64,000 bases of DNA from Pedobacter sp. (GCA_050253415.1 JBFWJC010000001.1:192001-256000), one strand, 5' to 3'; positions 29,895 through 44,613 are shown, counted from the stretch's first letter. Notes: generated by a model from the sequence alone, not told the origin. Program-made: numbers and translations.

Positions 29895-32294
29895 ATGAAC
29901 CTAAGACGTTGGTTAAAAATGGCCCTTCTCAGTTTCCTGGGGCTTTTCCTGGCTGGGTGCCTGGCACTTGGTGCCTCCTATATGATGGTATCGGCCTCAT
30001 TGCCGAAGGTCGACACCTTGGCAGATTATAGCCCCCCTATCGTAACGACCATCTATAGTGACGACGCACAAATTATCAGCGAATTTGCCCAGGAACGCCG
30101 GATTCTTGTCCCCATCGCCAAAATTCCACGTCAGTTGGTGCAAGCTTTCGTTGCCGCTGAAGATTCCAAATTCTTTCAGCATCGCGGCATCGACCTGATA
30201 TCGATTACGCGGGCCGCCATCAAAAATATGCTGGCGGGGGGAATTCGCCAGGGTGGCAGCACGATTACGCAACAGGTAGCTAAAAGTCTGCTTTTGACGC
30301 CTGAGAAAAAATTTTCCCGTAAATTCAAAGAAGCCATTCTTGCCTGGCGAATGGAACAAAAACTTTCCAAAGAGGATATTCTTTTCCTGTATCTGAACCA
30401 GATTTATCTGGGACATGGCGCTTACGGTGTGCAGGCGGCGGCTGAAAATTACTTTGGCAAAAATGTCGATGCGTTAACGCTGGAAGAATGCGCCATACTG
30501 GCGGGCTTGCCCCAGGCCCCAAGCCGCTACTCCCCCTTTCGTCATTATGACAAGGCAAAAAACAGGCAAACCTATGTACTCAGCCGCATGGTCGAAGACG
30601 GTTACATCACTCGTCAACAAGCGGATGAAGCTGGCGCAAAGAAAGTCACCATTCAGCCGCGCAACGATCGACAGATTGCCGGGGCCGCCTATTTTACCGA
30701 ACAGGTTCGCCGCTATCTGGAAGAACAGTATGGCTCTGAAATCATAAATACCGGCGGTCTGAAAGTTTATACGACCATGAATGTGGCCATGCAGCAGGCA
30801 GCACAACTGTCTGTGCAAGCCAACCTTATCCAACACGACCTCCGCTGTGGCTACCGTGGCCCATTGCGTATCCTTGACGCCAAGCAAGAGGCAGCCTTTC
30901 TGTCCAAACAGGATGAAATCTATTCTCAAGCCCCTGCCGAAAAATCTGTTGTCGAAGGAGTTCTGGTCGGAGCCAAGGGCAATAACGCCCAGGTGCGTAT
31001 TGGCCGTTTTACTGGAAATCTGCCCCTCGACAAGGGAGGCCTGGCCAATAAATTGCGTGTGGGCCCCCGGGGACAAACGGTAAAACGCAGTAAAGAGCGT
31101 GCTCTGACATTACCGGTAGGCTCGGTACTACAGGTCAAGATTGAAAATAATTCGCCTGAAGGTCTGATTTTTTCCCTTTACCAGGAACCAGCTGCGCAAG
31201 GCGCCTTTATCGTTCTTAATCCCCATTCGGGGGAAGTCAAAGCGTTGGTGGGCGGTTATGATTTCGCCCAGAGCCAGTTCAATCGCGCCATCCAGGCACG
31301 CCGTCTGCCAGGCTCAGCTTTCAAACCACTTATTTACGCTGCGGCATTGGACAAGGGTTATACGCCCGCGACAATTATGCTGGACACCCCGATTATCTAT
31401 CGTGAACAAGGGGAGGATGGTACCGAAACGGAATGGAAGCCGAAAAACTATGCCGAGAACTTCACCGGAGTCACCACTCTGCGCCAAGCCTTGGCCCATT
31501 CCTACAATGTGGTTACCGTAAAAATGCTGCAGGATATCGGGGTCGGCTATGCCATCAATTATGCAAAAAAACTTGGCATCGAATCCCCCTTGAATCGTGA
31601 TCTGACCCTGGCATTGGGCTCCTCCGCTGTATCGCCGATGGAACTGGCCAGAGCCTATTGCGTCTTTGCCAATGGTGGGGTACTCATCAGACCGGTGTAT
31701 ATCACGCGCGTGGTAGATCGCTATGGAAAAATTCTGGAATCCACGGATCCCGCCGATTTCCCCGCGGGCCCCGGTCCTGGACAGAAGTTGATACAGCAAT
31801 CGCCGCAACGGGTCCTCTCGCCGGAAACCGCTTATCTGGTTACCAATCTGCTCGAAAGCGTGGTGAAGGACGGCACCGGTTATCGGGCCCGGGCTCTACA
31901 GCGCTCTGTGGCATGTAAGACGGGGACCACCAACGATCAGAAAGATGCCTGGTTTGTCGGTTACAGTCCGCGACTGCTGGCCGTTTCCTGGGTGGGATAC
32001 GATCAGGAGCGTTCCCTCGGACCGCGGGAAACCGGATCCAAGGCTGCGGCCCCCGCATGGGTCGAATTCATGCAGAAAACTCTTCAAAATCAACCGAATG
32101 AGGAATTTCCGGTGCCCGATGACATAGAATTCCGCCCCATCGACCCAGCAACCGGTCTGCTGGTTCCGGAAGACAGTCCCAATGTGACCATCGAAGCATT
32201 TGCCCCGGGAACCGCCCCGACCCGTTATGCCCTGGAAAACAAGGAACCTCGCGCCGTCGATTTCTTTGAAATGGATATGGAGGAGATAAACTGA
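29895..32294 (+). CDS. mrcA: penicillin-binding protein 1A
   Basis: AAEDSKF..H.G, QGGSTITQQ, YLNQIYLG, GSAFKP (SxxK), SYN, KTGT. Confidence 0.93.
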   Translation: MNLRRWLKMALLSFLGLFLAGCLALGASYMMVSASLPKVDTLADYSPPIVTTIYSDDAQIISEFAQERRILVPIAKIPRQLVQAFVAAEDSKFFQHRGIDLISITRAAIKNMLAGGIRQGGSTITQQVAKSLLLTPEKKFSRKFKEAILAWRMEQKLSKEDILFLYLNQIYLGHGAYGVQAAAENYFGKNVDALTLEECAILAGLPQAPSRYSPFRHYDKAKNRQTYVLSRMVEDGYITRQQADEAGAKKVTIQPRNDRQIAGAAYFTEQVRRYLEEQYGSEIINTGGLKVYTTMNVAMQQAAQLSVQANLIQHDLRCGYRGPLRILDAKQEAAFLSKQDEIYSQAPAEKSVVEGVLVGAKGNNAQVRIGRFTGNLPLDKGGLANKLRVGPRGQTVKRSKERALTLPVGSVLQVKIENNSPEGLIFSLYQEPAAQGAFIVLNPHSGEVKALVGGYDFAQSQFNRAIQARRLPGSAFKPLIYAAALDKGYTPATIMLDTPIIYREQGEDGTETEWKPKNYAENFTGVTTLRQALAHSYNVVTVKMLQDIGVGYAINYAKKLGIESPLNRDLTLALGSSAVSPMELARAYCVFANGGVLIRPVYITRVVDRYGKILESTDPADFPAGPGPGQKLIQQSPQRVLSPETAYLVTNLLESVVKDGTGYRARALQRSVACKTGTTNDQKDAWFVGYSPRLLAVSWVGYDQERSLGPRETGSKAAAPAWVEFMQKTLQNQPNEEFPVPDDIEFRPIDPATGLLVPEDSPNVTIEAFAPGTAPTRYALENKEPRAVDFFEMDMEEIN

Positions 32295-32300
32295 TCCGCG

Positions 32301-32951
32301 TCAGATAGCCTTATTGATGCCGATACGCGGACATAAAGCTTGTACGGGGCAACAGGAGCAAAGAGGACGCTGCGCCTTGCACAGGTTGCGGCCGTGATGG
32401 ATAAGAAGATGGCTGGTCTGGGTCCAATAGGATTGTGGCAGAATACGGCACAGGTATCGTTCGATGCGTTCCGGATCCTGCTCTTTACTCCACCCCAGGC
32501 GCCTGACTAGACGTTTTACATGGGTATCGACAGCCAATCCCGGAATACCAAAGGCGTTGCCCAATACGACATTTGCAGTTTTTCGCCCGACCCCTGGTAA
32601 GGCAACCAGATCATCCATGGTCTGTGGAACCTTGCCATCATGACAAGCGACAACGGCCGCCGCACACCCGATAAGGTTTTTGGCTTTATTCCGAAAAAAC
32701 CCGGTGCTGCGAATCAGGTTTTCAACCTGTTCAAGGCTTGCCCCAGCCATGCGGTGCGGATCTGGAAACTGCTCAAACAACCCACGCGTTACGATATTTA
32801 CCTGACGATCCGTGCATTGGGCTGATAAGATGGTTGCTGCCAGAAGTTGCCACGGGGTTTGATAATCCAAGGCACAACGAGCATCAGGATATATTTTCTC
32901 TAGTATATCCAATACCTTCAGTATTTCGTCCAGCTTCTTTTTACCCTTCAT
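32301..32951 (-). CDS. nth: endonuclease III
   Basis: LSAQCTD, LPGVGRKTANVV, VDTHV, C-terminal C-x6-C-x2-C-x5-C Fe-S motif. Confidence 0.95.
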   Translation of the reverse strand: MKGKKKLDEILKVLDILEKIYPDARCALDYQTPWQLLAATILSAQCTDRQVNIVTRGLFEQFPDPHRMAGASLEQVENLIRSTGFFRNKAKNLIGCAAAVVACHDGKVPQTMDDLVALPGVGRKTANVVLGNAFGIPGLAVDTHVKRLVRRLGWSKEQDPERIERYLCRILPQSYWTQTSHLLIHHGRNLCKAQRPLCSCCPVQALCPRIGINKAI

Positions 32952-32985
32952 TTTATCTGCCCCAACCTCCTTTGTTGAAACCGGA

Positions 32986-33020
32986 ACGGGCCGTTCGACA
33001 ATCCATGTCGAACGGCCCGT
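32986..33020. repeat. 15-bp perfect inverted repeat (hairpin) upstream of nth
   Basis: ACGGGCCGTTCGACA-atcca-TGTCGAACGGCCCGT. Confidence 0.85.
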
Positions 33021-33088
33021 ATGTCTTGATACAAGTCCCATTTAAGCCGGTTATCAACTTCGTCAACAGACTTATCCACAGCCTGGCG

Positions 33089-33823
33089 TCATCCAGGCGC
33101 TATTTCCATGCGCCTGTGTTTGACCCCCTTGACCTGTGAATAGTTACGCGGATCGGCCACCCTTACCGTCAACAGCAGCGGCAAATGGCTGGATGCGCGC
33201 CTGGCCAATATCGACCTGTATATGCGGGTATCAATGACTCTGAGCTGTCCGCCAATATAAATTCGGTCTCGACCGGAAAGAGGCAACCAGGCGGGAAACG
33301 TTCCCGACCAGAAGGGGCGTCTTGCCAAACGCAAGGAATTCGAAAATAAACGCCGGCTTAACGGCCAGAAGCTATCGCCAAAATCACCGAGCAACATGAC
33401 CGGGCACCCGGAGGAATACATCCGGATACCATCATTTTCGTCAAGTAATCGGGTAATCTGGAATCGACGATGCTTAATTTTTTCGTGCAGTCGAGCATTA
33501 AAAAGATGAAGCGACCTGCCAGCGATATTAACATCGGCACACAGGCAACTGCCTTCCTGGATTTCTATATGGCGCACTGCACGTAGCGGATAGTAAGAGA
33601 GAAAAGCATTGCCATCGGGCGTAGTCGGCCCGTAATATTTCATGGCCAGACGTTCTCCCAACCAGGCCGCCTGGTCGCCATCCAACAGGCCGCCTACCTC
33701 CTGTAGAGCCACAATATCAGGACCTGCCCGGCTTATAACCTCCAAAACGCGGCCAGGATCTATGCGACCATCCGTCCCCTGGCAACGATGTATGTTGTAG
33801 GTCATAATGCGGATGGTGTACAT
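33089..33823 (-). CDS. endonuclease/exonuclease/phosphatase family protein
   Basis: MTYNIH, DIVALQEV, GNAFLS, LLGDF, DRIY, ASSHLPL. Confidence 0.88.
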   Translation of the reverse strand: MYTIRIMTYNIHRCQGTDGRIDPGRVLEVISRAGPDIVALQEVGGLLDGDQAAWLGERLAMKYYGPTTPDGNAFLSYYPLRAVRHIEIQEGSCLCADVNIAGRSLHLFNARLHEKIKHRRFQITRLLDENDGIRMYSSGCPVMLLGDFGDSFWPLSRRLFSNSLRLARRPFWSGTFPAWLPLSGRDRIYIGGQLRVIDTRIYRSILARRASSHLPLLLTVRVADPRNYSQVKGVKHRRMEIAPG

Positions 33824-33854
33824 ACTGCCCTCAGATAACCAGGATTTTTTTTAA

Positions 33855-34856
33855 CTAGGTCAATTCCGCTTTAAGCGAACGCTGCATAAGATCGGCCACC
33901 GCATCGCGCGGCTCCTTGTTCTCAAACAGAATCAGATACATCTGCTCGATAATTGGCGTTTCCACTCCCAGACGCTGAGCAAGCTGATACGCCGAAAGGG
34001 TCGTTTTCACCCCCTCGGCGACCATCTTCATGCCGGATAAAATATCTTCCAGCTTGCGGCCGCGACCAAGTTCAAGCCCCACACTGCGGTTACGCGAGAG
34101 ATCGCCGGTACAGGTCAATACCAGATCCCCCATCCCCGATAAGCCCATAAAAGTGCGTTCCTCAGCACCCTTGGCCAAGCCTATCCGGGTCATTTCCACC
34201 AACCCCCGGGTAATCAAAGCTGCTCGGGCGTTGTAGCCAAAACCAAGTCCATCGGAAATTCCGGCAGCCAGGGCAATGACATTTTTCAAAGCCCCGCCCA
34301 GTTCGACACCGATAATATCGTTACTGCGATAAACCCGGAAATAGGTGTTACTGAAGGTTTTTTGGACCAGACGGGCAATTTCTTCATCTTCGGAGGCTAC
34401 GGTGAGCGCCGTTGGTATTTCCGCTGCCACTTCCCGTGCAAAAGTGGGTCCGGATAAAAAAGCCAAACGCTTGCAGCGCTTGCTCGGCAAAACTTCGCTC
34501 AAAACCTCGGACATGGCCATAAGGGTATCGTTTTCGATCCCTTTGGCTGCTGATACCAAAACCGTATTTTCAGCCATATACGGTTCGGCTTGTCGCACAA
34601 CCGCGCGCAATACCTGGGACGGTGCGACGAGCACCAGCATATCTTTGCCGGCGGCAACTTCACTCAATTCAGAAGTAAAGGCAAGTTTATCATCCAGGGT
34701 GAAATCAGGCAGATAAAGATCGTTTTTGCGGTGTTGGCGCATACGCTCCACCAGGTCCTGTTCGTAGGCCCAGAGGGTGACCGCATGGCCGTTTTTGGAC
34801 AAAAGGTCCGCCAGAGTGGTACCCCAACTGCCTGCTCCTATAACACCGATATTCAT
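33855..34856 (-). CDS. gpsA: NAD(P)H-dependent glycerol-3-phosphate dehydrogenase
   Basis: GAGSWGT, KGIE, LSGPTFA, GGALKNV, GMGDLVLTC..SRN, AEGV. Confidence 0.97.
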   Translation of the reverse strand: MNIGVIGAGSWGTTLADLLSKNGHAVTLWAYEQDLVERMRQHRKNDLYLPDFTLDDKLAFTSELSEVAAGKDMLVLVAPSQVLRAVVRQAEPYMAENTVLVSAAKGIENDTLMAMSEVLSEVLPSKRCKRLAFLSGPTFAREVAAEIPTALTVASEDEEIARLVQKTFSNTYFRVYRSNDIIGVELGGALKNVIALAAGISDGLGFGYNARAALITRGLVEMTRIGLAKGAEERTFMGLSGMGDLVLTCTGDLSRNRSVGLELGRGRKLEDILSGMKMVAEGVKTTLSAYQLAQRLGVETPIIEQMYLILFENKEPRDAVADLMQRSLKAELT

Positions 34857-34868
34857 ACACGCCTCCTG

Positions 34869-35663
34869 TCAGATGGCACGGTTTTTTTTCTTTATTCGTT
34901 GCATGATTTGAGCAATGCGTTGTTCCAGAACAGACTCCTTGGCATACCGTCCTTCCAGTCCTTTCAGCACCTGGAGCGCTTTGCTCAATTCTCCTCGTTC
35001 TTCATGAATTTGGGCCAGAGCAAAATAGCCCTCCAGCGCAAACGCGTTATCCGGATAATCATGACATAGCTTTTGCAACACAATCATGGCATCGCTAAAT
35101 TTTCCTTCAAGGAAAAATACGGAGCCTATACGATAAAGAGCCTCCGGAAAAAGCTTGGTATCCGGATAGTCATTGAGCAAGCTTTCAAATTCTATCCGCG
35201 TTTGCTCAAAATTATTCATGCGAAAATAGGTATCCGCAATTTCATATTGGGTTTGTTCGCTGTCGGGTGACTTGCTGTCCAGAATCTTTTGGTAGGCTAC
35301 CAGTGCCCTGCCATAATCCTGAAGACGATATTTGTATATTGCTGCACCCCTTTGACGCGCAGCCTGCCCCCAGGAAGTATCCGGGTAATCCCGCTCGACC
35401 AGCAAAAAGGAAAGTAAGGCCTCCTGTTCCTTCTGCAGATTCAAAAGTAAAATATCTCCAGCCAAAAGCAAAGCCTGGGGGGCCTTATCCGTGTTCGGAT
35501 AATGCTCATATATACTGCGCAACTGGCTTACCGCACGGCGGTAAGCCCCTTTGTCGACAAGTTTTTCAGCGCGCCTGAACAGCGTTTGAGGTGTTTGGTC
35601 CTGATGCATATGATAGACATACAGGCCGAACACCAGCAGGATCAGAAGAATCCCCGATATCAC
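34869..35663 (-). CDS. membrane-anchored tetratricopeptide repeat protein (BamD/YbgF-like)
   Basis: N-terminal TM followed by repeated YP....A helical TPR units; start codon uncertain (GTG at 35663). Confidence 0.8.
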   Translation of the reverse strand: MISGILLILLVFGLYVYHMHQDQTPQTLFRRAEKLVDKGAYRRAVSQLRSIYEHYPNTDKAPQALLLAGDILLLNLQKEQEALLSFLLVERDYPDTSWGQAARQRGAAIYKYRLQDYGRALVAYQKILDSKSPDSEQTQYEIADTYFRMNNFEQTRIEFESLLNDYPDTKLFPEALYRIGSVFFLEGKFSDAMIVLQKLCHDYPDNAFALEGYFALAQIHEERGELSKALQVLKGLEGRYAKESVLEQRIAQIMQRIKKKNRAI

Positions 35664-35676
35664 CCTCCATCGAAAC

Positions 35677-38184
35677 TTATTCGAAGTCTTCCGGGCTCTC
35701 TTCCGTTCCTCCTTCAAGAGCTGTTTCTTCAACCTCTTCAGTTCCATTTTCCTCGTCTTTTTCAGCAAGTTTGGCCACGGCCACAATGCGCTCACCCGGC
35801 TCCAGAACCATCAGCCTCACACCTTGTGTATTGCGCCCGATAATGGACAGATCGGCCACCCGTGTGCGCAGTACCTTGCCGCCGTCGGTAATGAACATCA
35901 GATCGAAATCTTCATTGATGAGCTTGATATCAACAACCTGACCGTTGCGTTCGGAGGTCTTGATGGTGATGATCCCCTTGCCGCCACGACCCTGCTGACG
36001 ATACTCATCCAGATTGGTGCGCTTGCCGAAGCCTTTTTCCGTTACCGTCACCAACGTAGCGGCCGTGGTATCGGAAACAACTTCCATACCTATAACGCGA
36101 TCATCGCCTTCAAGCTGCATCCCCCGCACTCCGCGAGAGGTACGCCCCATGGCACGGGCTTCTTTTTCAGGGAAACGAATCGCCTTACCGCTTTGGCTGG
36201 CCAACAGAACATCCATGTCGCCATCCGACAGTCGCGTTGAAACCAGACGATCACCTTCATCAACAGTAAGAGCTATAATGCCGCCGACCCGGGGATTGGC
36301 ATACGCCATCAGGTCGGTCTTTTTGACAATGCCGTTCTGCGTGGCAAAGATGATATACCTATCTTCGATAAATTCTTTGACCGGGAGGATGCTGGTGACA
36401 TTTTCACCACTGCTCAATTGCAGAAGGTTGACGATTGCCTTACCGCGAGAGGCCCTTCCTCCCTGCGGAATTTCATGAACCTTAAGCCAATAGACCTTGC
36501 CTGCATCGGTAAACACGAGCACGAAAGAATGTGTCGAAGCGATGAACAATTGCTCGACAAAATCCTCTTCCTTAGGCCGCATGCCTGTCACGCCTTTACC
36601 ACCTCGACGCTGGGAGCGATATAAGGAAACTGCGTTGCGCTTGATATAACCGGAATGGGATACTGTGACCACCATATCCTCATCAACAATCAAGTCCTCA
36701 AGCGACAAATCACCTCTGCGGTCGACTATTTCGGTTCGCCGTGGATCTGCGAATTTTTCCTTAATTTCCAGCAGTTCCGTCTTGATGATGTTGAGAATTT
36801 CCACGTCACTGGCCAGAATTTCCTTGAGGCGTTGAATCTGCGCCAGAATATCCTTGTATTCGGCCATGATTTTGTCCCGCTCCATCCCTGTAAGACGGTG
36901 CAGGCGCATATCGAGTATCGCTTGGGCCTGGATATCGGATAAGGCAAAACGCTCGATGAGACGCTCTTTGGCCTCTCGCGGACTACTCGATTGTTTTATG
37001 ATGGAAATAACTTCATCGAGGTTTTCCAAGGCTATCTTGAAACCCTCGAGAATATGAGCTTTTTCCTCGGCCTTGCGCAGTTCGAAAATGCAGCGACGGG
37101 TTACAATTTCCTTGCGGTGGTCGATAAAATGTTCCAACACCTCCCGCAGGCTCAATACGCGGGGTTGACCATTAACTATGGCCAACATGATGATGCCGAA
37201 AGACGACTGCATGGCCGTCATTTTGTAAAGCTGATTGAGAATGACCTCAGGAATAACATCCTTTTTCAGCTCAATGACCACCCGCACCCCTTCGCGGTCC
37301 GACTCGTCTCGTAAATCGGAGATACCTTCGATTTTACGAGTTTTAACCAACTCGGCGATCTTCTCGATCAATCGGGCTTTATTTACCTGATAGGGCACTT
37401 CTGTGATGACAATCTTTTCCCGACTGGTTCGGCGGTCTTTCTCCACCAATGCGCGTGCGCGCATATGCACGATACCGCGTCCCGTTTCATAAGCCTGCCG
37501 AATACCGTCACGCCCAAGAATGAACCCGGCGGTGGGAAAATCCGGACCGGGAATAAGGCGGAACAGGTCTTCGTTGTCAAATGTCGGGTCGTCCATGATT
37601 GCGATCAAACCGTCGATAACCTCCCCAAGATTATGGGGGGGAATCTTGGTCGCCATACCCACAGCAATACCTTCGGACCCATTGACTAGCAGGTTGGGAA
37701 ATTTACACGGTAAAACCAGGGGTTCCTGCAAAGAGTCGTCGTAGTTGGGACCAAAATCAACGGTCTCTTTTTCCAGGTCGGCCAGCAATTCATGGGCCAG
37801 CTTATCCATGCGCACTTCGGTATAACGCATAGCCGCGGCGCTATCACCATCAAGAGAACCGAAATTACCCTGCCCGTCGACCAACGGATAGCGCATGGCA
37901 AAGTCCTGTGCCATACGAACGATAGTATCGTATACAGCAGAATCGCCATGTGGATGATACTTACCGATAACATCACCGACAACACGTGCCGACTTTTTAT
38001 AAGGCTTATTAAAGGCGTTACCCAACTCGTGCATAGCGAACAAAACACGCCGATGAACAGGCTTCAATCCATCCCGTATATCCGGTAGCGCACGGCCTAC
38101 AATAACGCTCATGGCATAGTCCATGTAGGACTTGCGCAGTTCGTCCTCTATATTAACTGTAATTTTATTTTGTTCCGATAGCAT
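35677..38184 (-). CDS. gyrA: DNA gyrase subunit A
   Basis: [33 protein letters not shown], GyrA box QRRGGKG. Confidence 0.99.
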   Translation of the reverse strand: MLSEQNKITVNIEDELRKSYMDYAMSVIVGRALPDIRDGLKPVHRRVLFAMHELGNAFNKPYKKSARVVGDVIGKYHPHGDSAVYDTIVRMAQDFAMRYPLVDGQGNFGSLDGDSAAAMRYTEVRMDKLAHELLADLEKETVDFGPNYDDSLQEPLVLPCKFPNLLVNGSEGIAVGMATKIPPHNLGEVIDGLIAIMDDPTFDNEDLFRLIPGPDFPTAGFILGRDGIRQAYETGRGIVHMRARALVEKDRRTSREKIVITEVPYQVNKARLIEKIAELVKTRKIEGISDLRDESDREGVRVVIELKKDVIPEVILNQLYKMTAMQSSFGIIMLAIVNGQPRVLSLREVLEHFIDHRKEIVTRRCIFELRKAEEKAHILEGFKIALENLDEVISIIKQSSSPREAKERLIERFALSDIQAQAILDMRLHRLTGMERDKIMAEYKDILAQIQRLKEILASDVEILNIIKTELLEIKEKFADPRRTEIVDRRGDLSLEDLIVDEDMVVTVSHSGYIKRNAVSLYRSQRRGGKGVTGMRPKEEDFVEQLFIASTHSFVLVFTDAGKVYWLKVHEIPQGGRASRGKAIVNLLQLSSGENVTSILPVKEFIEDRYIIFATQNGIVKKTDLMAYANPRVGGIIALTVDEGDRLVSTRLSDGDMDVLLASQSGKAIRFPEKEARAMGRTSRGVRGMQLEGDDRVIGMEVVSDTTAATLVTVTEKGFGKRTNLDEYRQQGRGGKGIITIKTSERNGQVVDIKLINEDFDLMFITDGGKVLRTRVADLSIIGRNTQGVRLMVLEPGERIVAVAKLAEKDEENGTEEVEETALEGGTEESPEDFE

Positions 38185-38251
38185 GCCTTATCCTCCGCGG
38201 GAAACCCGGATTGTGTGGCTATATGAAGCATCGTTCGGCGTCAGCCATAGG

Positions 38252-41747
<3,496 letters not shown>

Positions 41748-41789
41748 GTCGGTCGCATTGCCTTTTTTTCTGGCACAATCAGCGACGTA

Positions 41790-42908
41790 CTATAGCCTCA
41801 TTGGCATGATGACCGCAAGATAGTCGTCACTGCCTGTAGGGGTAATGAGGCCTGGAGACAATTGGTCACGCAAAGCCAGGTCGATTTTTTCAGAGTCCAT
41901 CGTTGATAGAATATCTATAAGATATTTAGCGTTAAAGCCTATTGAAAGATCGTTCTCACAATATTCAACTTCAAAATCTTCTCTAGCATCGCCAAATTCA
42001 GGATTTGATGAAGATAAAGTAAGAAGATTTTCCTGAAAATCGATCTTAACACCTTTTGACTTTTCACTTGATAGAATAGCCATGCGGCGCAAAGCATGTA
42101 GAAATTCTTCGCGAGGAATGGAGGCCTTCATTTCATTATTAACTGGAATAACCCGGTTATAGTCAGGGAATTCTCCATCAACCAATCGCATTACGATTAT
42201 TGTTTGAGATTTTTTAACAACAGCATTGTTATCCATGAATCCTAGAGAAATATTACCATCACCCTCTTCAGATATTTTTCTAAGTTCAACTACGCCTTTT
42301 CGTGGAAAAATAACGCCTTTAACCAAAGGTTCAATATGCGAGCAATCCAGAAGAGTTTGCATCAGTGCTAAACGATGGCCATCAGTAGCTACAAAACGTA
42401 AAACTTTTTGAGCTTTGTCTTCCAAAGCGCGTAAGTAAATACCATTTAAATTATATTTACTTTCGTCTGTGGACATCGAAAAGGCGGTTTTTTCAACCAT
42501 TCTTTTTAGAATGTTACTAGGTATTTCAAAAAATTGTTCTTTATCTATTTGGGGAAAATAAGGAAATTCGTCGGCGGATAAACCCACGATGTTAAACAGG
42601 GATTTACCACAACGGATTTCTATCCAACAATTTTCCTTGGCATTGAAAGTAATTTCTTTTTCGGGAAGTTCTTTAATTATTTCAAATAATTTTTTGGCTG
42701 AGACGGTTATTCGTCCTGGATTTATAACCTTCGCAGGATAGGCGGATTTCATACCAACTTCAAGGTCTGTGGCAGTTAAGGAAATGTGATCGCCATCCGC
42801 CTCAATAAGCACGTTCGCCAATATGGGAATTGTATTCTTTTTTTCGACGATTCCCTGTACTCGTGCCAACCCTTTAAGAAACGCTTCTTTTTCAATAGAA
42901 AAATTCAT
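41790..42908 (-). CDS. dnaN: DNA polymerase III beta clamp
   Basis: PILANV, ATDLE, ATDGHRL, FPDY, GFNAKY, VIMPMRL. Confidence 0.99.
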   Translation of the reverse strand: MNFSIEKEAFLKGLARVQGIVEKKNTIPILANVLIEADGDHISLTATDLEVGMKSAYPAKVINPGRITVSAKKLFEIIKELPEKEITFNAKENCWIEIRCGKSLFNIVGLSADEFPYFPQIDKEQFFEIPSNILKRMVEKTAFSMSTDESKYNLNGIYLRALEDKAQKVLRFVATDGHRLALMQTLLDCSHIEPLVKGVIFPRKGVVELRKISEEGDGNISLGFMDNNAVVKKSQTIIVMRLVDGEFPDYNRVIPVNNEMKASIPREEFLHALRRMAILSSEKSKGVKIDFQENLLTLSSSNPEFGDAREDFEVEYCENDLSIGFNAKYLIDILSTMDSEKIDLALRDQLSPGLITPTGSDDYLAVIMPMRL

Positions 42909-43156
42909 GTAGCCCCCCGTTAACAGGAAACGGTTTTTATTATGGTTTTAAAGATTTTATAGTCGTAGTAGTAGTTGCCTGTGTATTTGTGCATAGCAGT
43001 TTTTTACCTATTTATTTCAATGACTTAAGCTGTTTAAGGCTTAGTGGGTATTTGGTGCTCTCTAAAGGCTATTTTGTGTATAACCGCTCTTCGCCTTATT
43101 TATCCCCGATCTGTTGTGGTTTATACCCACACCTTATACAGCGGTTTTTTAGGGGA
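42909..43156. other. oriC: oriC unwinding region (dnaA-dnaN intergenic): DnaA boxes, DnaA-trios, AT-rich DUE
   Basis: Overlapping boxes at 42980-42996, TAG trio run at 42960-42974, TTATACACA at 43075-43083 (- strand), IHF-like TTTCAATGACTTA. Confidence 0.88.
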
Positions 43157-44515
43157 TCAGAGTGTTAAATCCTTTTTTAAGTTACTTATGATAGATCGAA
43201 GTTGGTAATCCTCGTCCATGGCTTTTTCAATTTTTTTTATGGCGTGAATAATGGTGGAATGGTCTTTGCCACCAAAACGTTCTCCTATTTCCGGATAGGA
43301 GCAGGATGTCAATTGCCTGGATAGATACATTGCGATTTGGCGCGGTAATACCAAGGCTTTAAGTCGTTTGGCCGATTTAAGGTCTGAAACTTTAAGAGAA
43401 TATTGATTGGCTACTATTTTTTGTATTTCCTCTACGGTCAGTTCACGACGTTTTTCAACGAGGATATCTTTAAGAACTTCCTGGGCCATGCTAAGGCTGA
43501 TGGGAGTGGAAGTTAAGCTGGCATATGCACCTATACGGACCAGATATCCTTCCAATTCCCTGATATTGCTGCTTACCGAGCTTGCCAGGAAAAAGGCGAC
43601 TTCCTGAGGAAGGTCTATTCCATTATGTTCCGCCTTCATTTTTAAAATAGCCTGTTTTGTCTCTAGGTCGGGGGCCTGGATATCAGCAATGAGGCCCCAT
43701 TCAAAACGAGATCGCAGTCTTTCTTCAAGCCCCGGTATTTCTTTCGGAAATTTATCTGATGTTACTACTATCTGTTTATGTGAATCATAGAGTGCGTTAA
43801 ATGTATGAAAAAACTCTTCCTGTGTTCGCTCTTTTCCGGCAATAAACTGTACATCGTCAATAAGCAACACATCCATGGATCTAAACTTGTTTCTGAATTC
43901 ATCCATTTTTGCGTATCTAAGTGAATTTATTAATTCATTCATGAATTTTTCAGAAGTGTAATAGCACACTTTCATGTCGGGATTTTTTTTAAGAATGGCA
44001 TTTCCCACCGCGTTAACGAGATGGGTTTTACCCAATCCGACACCGCCATATATAAATAACGGGTTATAAGTTGTTGCAGGGTTATTCGCCACTGCCGCTG
44101 CTGCGGCGCTGGCAAACTGATTCGAGGAGCCAAGTACAAATGTTTCAAAGGTATAACGGGAATTAAGATTATAAACATTGCCACGTTGGGGATTATTTTC
44201 ATTTTCTTTTTTTGGTTGTACTGGTGGCGTTGGTGGTGTTGGTGGCTCATCCGAGACGGGATGGGGCTTTACTATTTTATCAGCAATAGAAAGATTGATT
44301 TTGCACGATCCGCCAGCGGCGTTGGAAACGAACTCTTGGAGAAGGTCATGGTAATGTTTTTTTATCCAATCGAGAACAAATCGGTTGGGAACCGCAAGGT
44401 CAACCTTGTTGTTATCTAATTTTATAAATTGAATAGGCTTTATCCAGGTCTCGAATTGTTGAGCAGTCAAGGACTGTTTAAGGCTATCCAAAGTCTTTTT
44501 CCAAATATTATCCAT
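43157..44515 (-). CDS. dnaA: chromosomal replication initiator
   Basis: YNPLFIYGGVGLGKTHL, DDVQF, RLRSRF.WGL, GGKDHSTIIHA. Confidence 0.99.
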   Translation of the reverse strand: MDNIWKKTLDSLKQSLTAQQFETWIKPIQFIKLDNNKVDLAVPNRFVLDWIKKHYHDLLQEFVSNAAGGSCKINLSIADKIVKPHPVSDEPPTPPTPPVQPKKENENNPQRGNVYNLNSRYTFETFVLGSSNQFASAAAAAVANNPATTYNPLFIYGGVGLGKTHLVNAVGNAILKKNPDMKVCYYTSEKFMNELINSLRYAKMDEFRNKFRSMDVLLIDDVQFIAGKERTQEEFFHTFNALYDSHKQIVVTSDKFPKEIPGLEERLRSRFEWGLIADIQAPDLETKQAILKMKAEHNGIDLPQEVAFFLASSVSSNIRELEGYLVRIGAYASLTSTPISLSMAQEVLKDILVEKRRELTVEEIQKIVANQYSLKVSDLKSAKRLKALVLPRQIAMYLSRQLTSCSYPEIGERFGGKDHSTIIHAIKKIEKAMDEDYQLRSIISNLKKDLTL

Positions 44516-44581
44516 AGACTTTTAATTTTTGAAAAGGAGAAAGTAATAAACGGCTTGCGTAGGAAGGTCTATTAAAATAAA

Positions 44582-44613
44582 TAATCCACATTGTTATGAA
44601 CAGTTGTGGATAT
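44582..44613. promoter_or_regulatory. DnaA-box cluster upstream of dnaA (autoregulation / oriC1)
   Basis: TAATCCACA 44582-44590, TTATGAACA 44594-44602, TGTGGATAT 44605-44613. Confidence 0.75.

Noticed and set aside
35664..35795. N-terminal extension of the TPR ORF overlapping gyrA
   Set aside because: The basic extension is an alternative-frame reading of the acidic GyrA tail; the true start is likely after the gyrA stop.
44218..44246. Short GGT-rich tandem repeat in dnaA
   Set aside because: It encodes the PPTPPTPP linker of the variable domain II.
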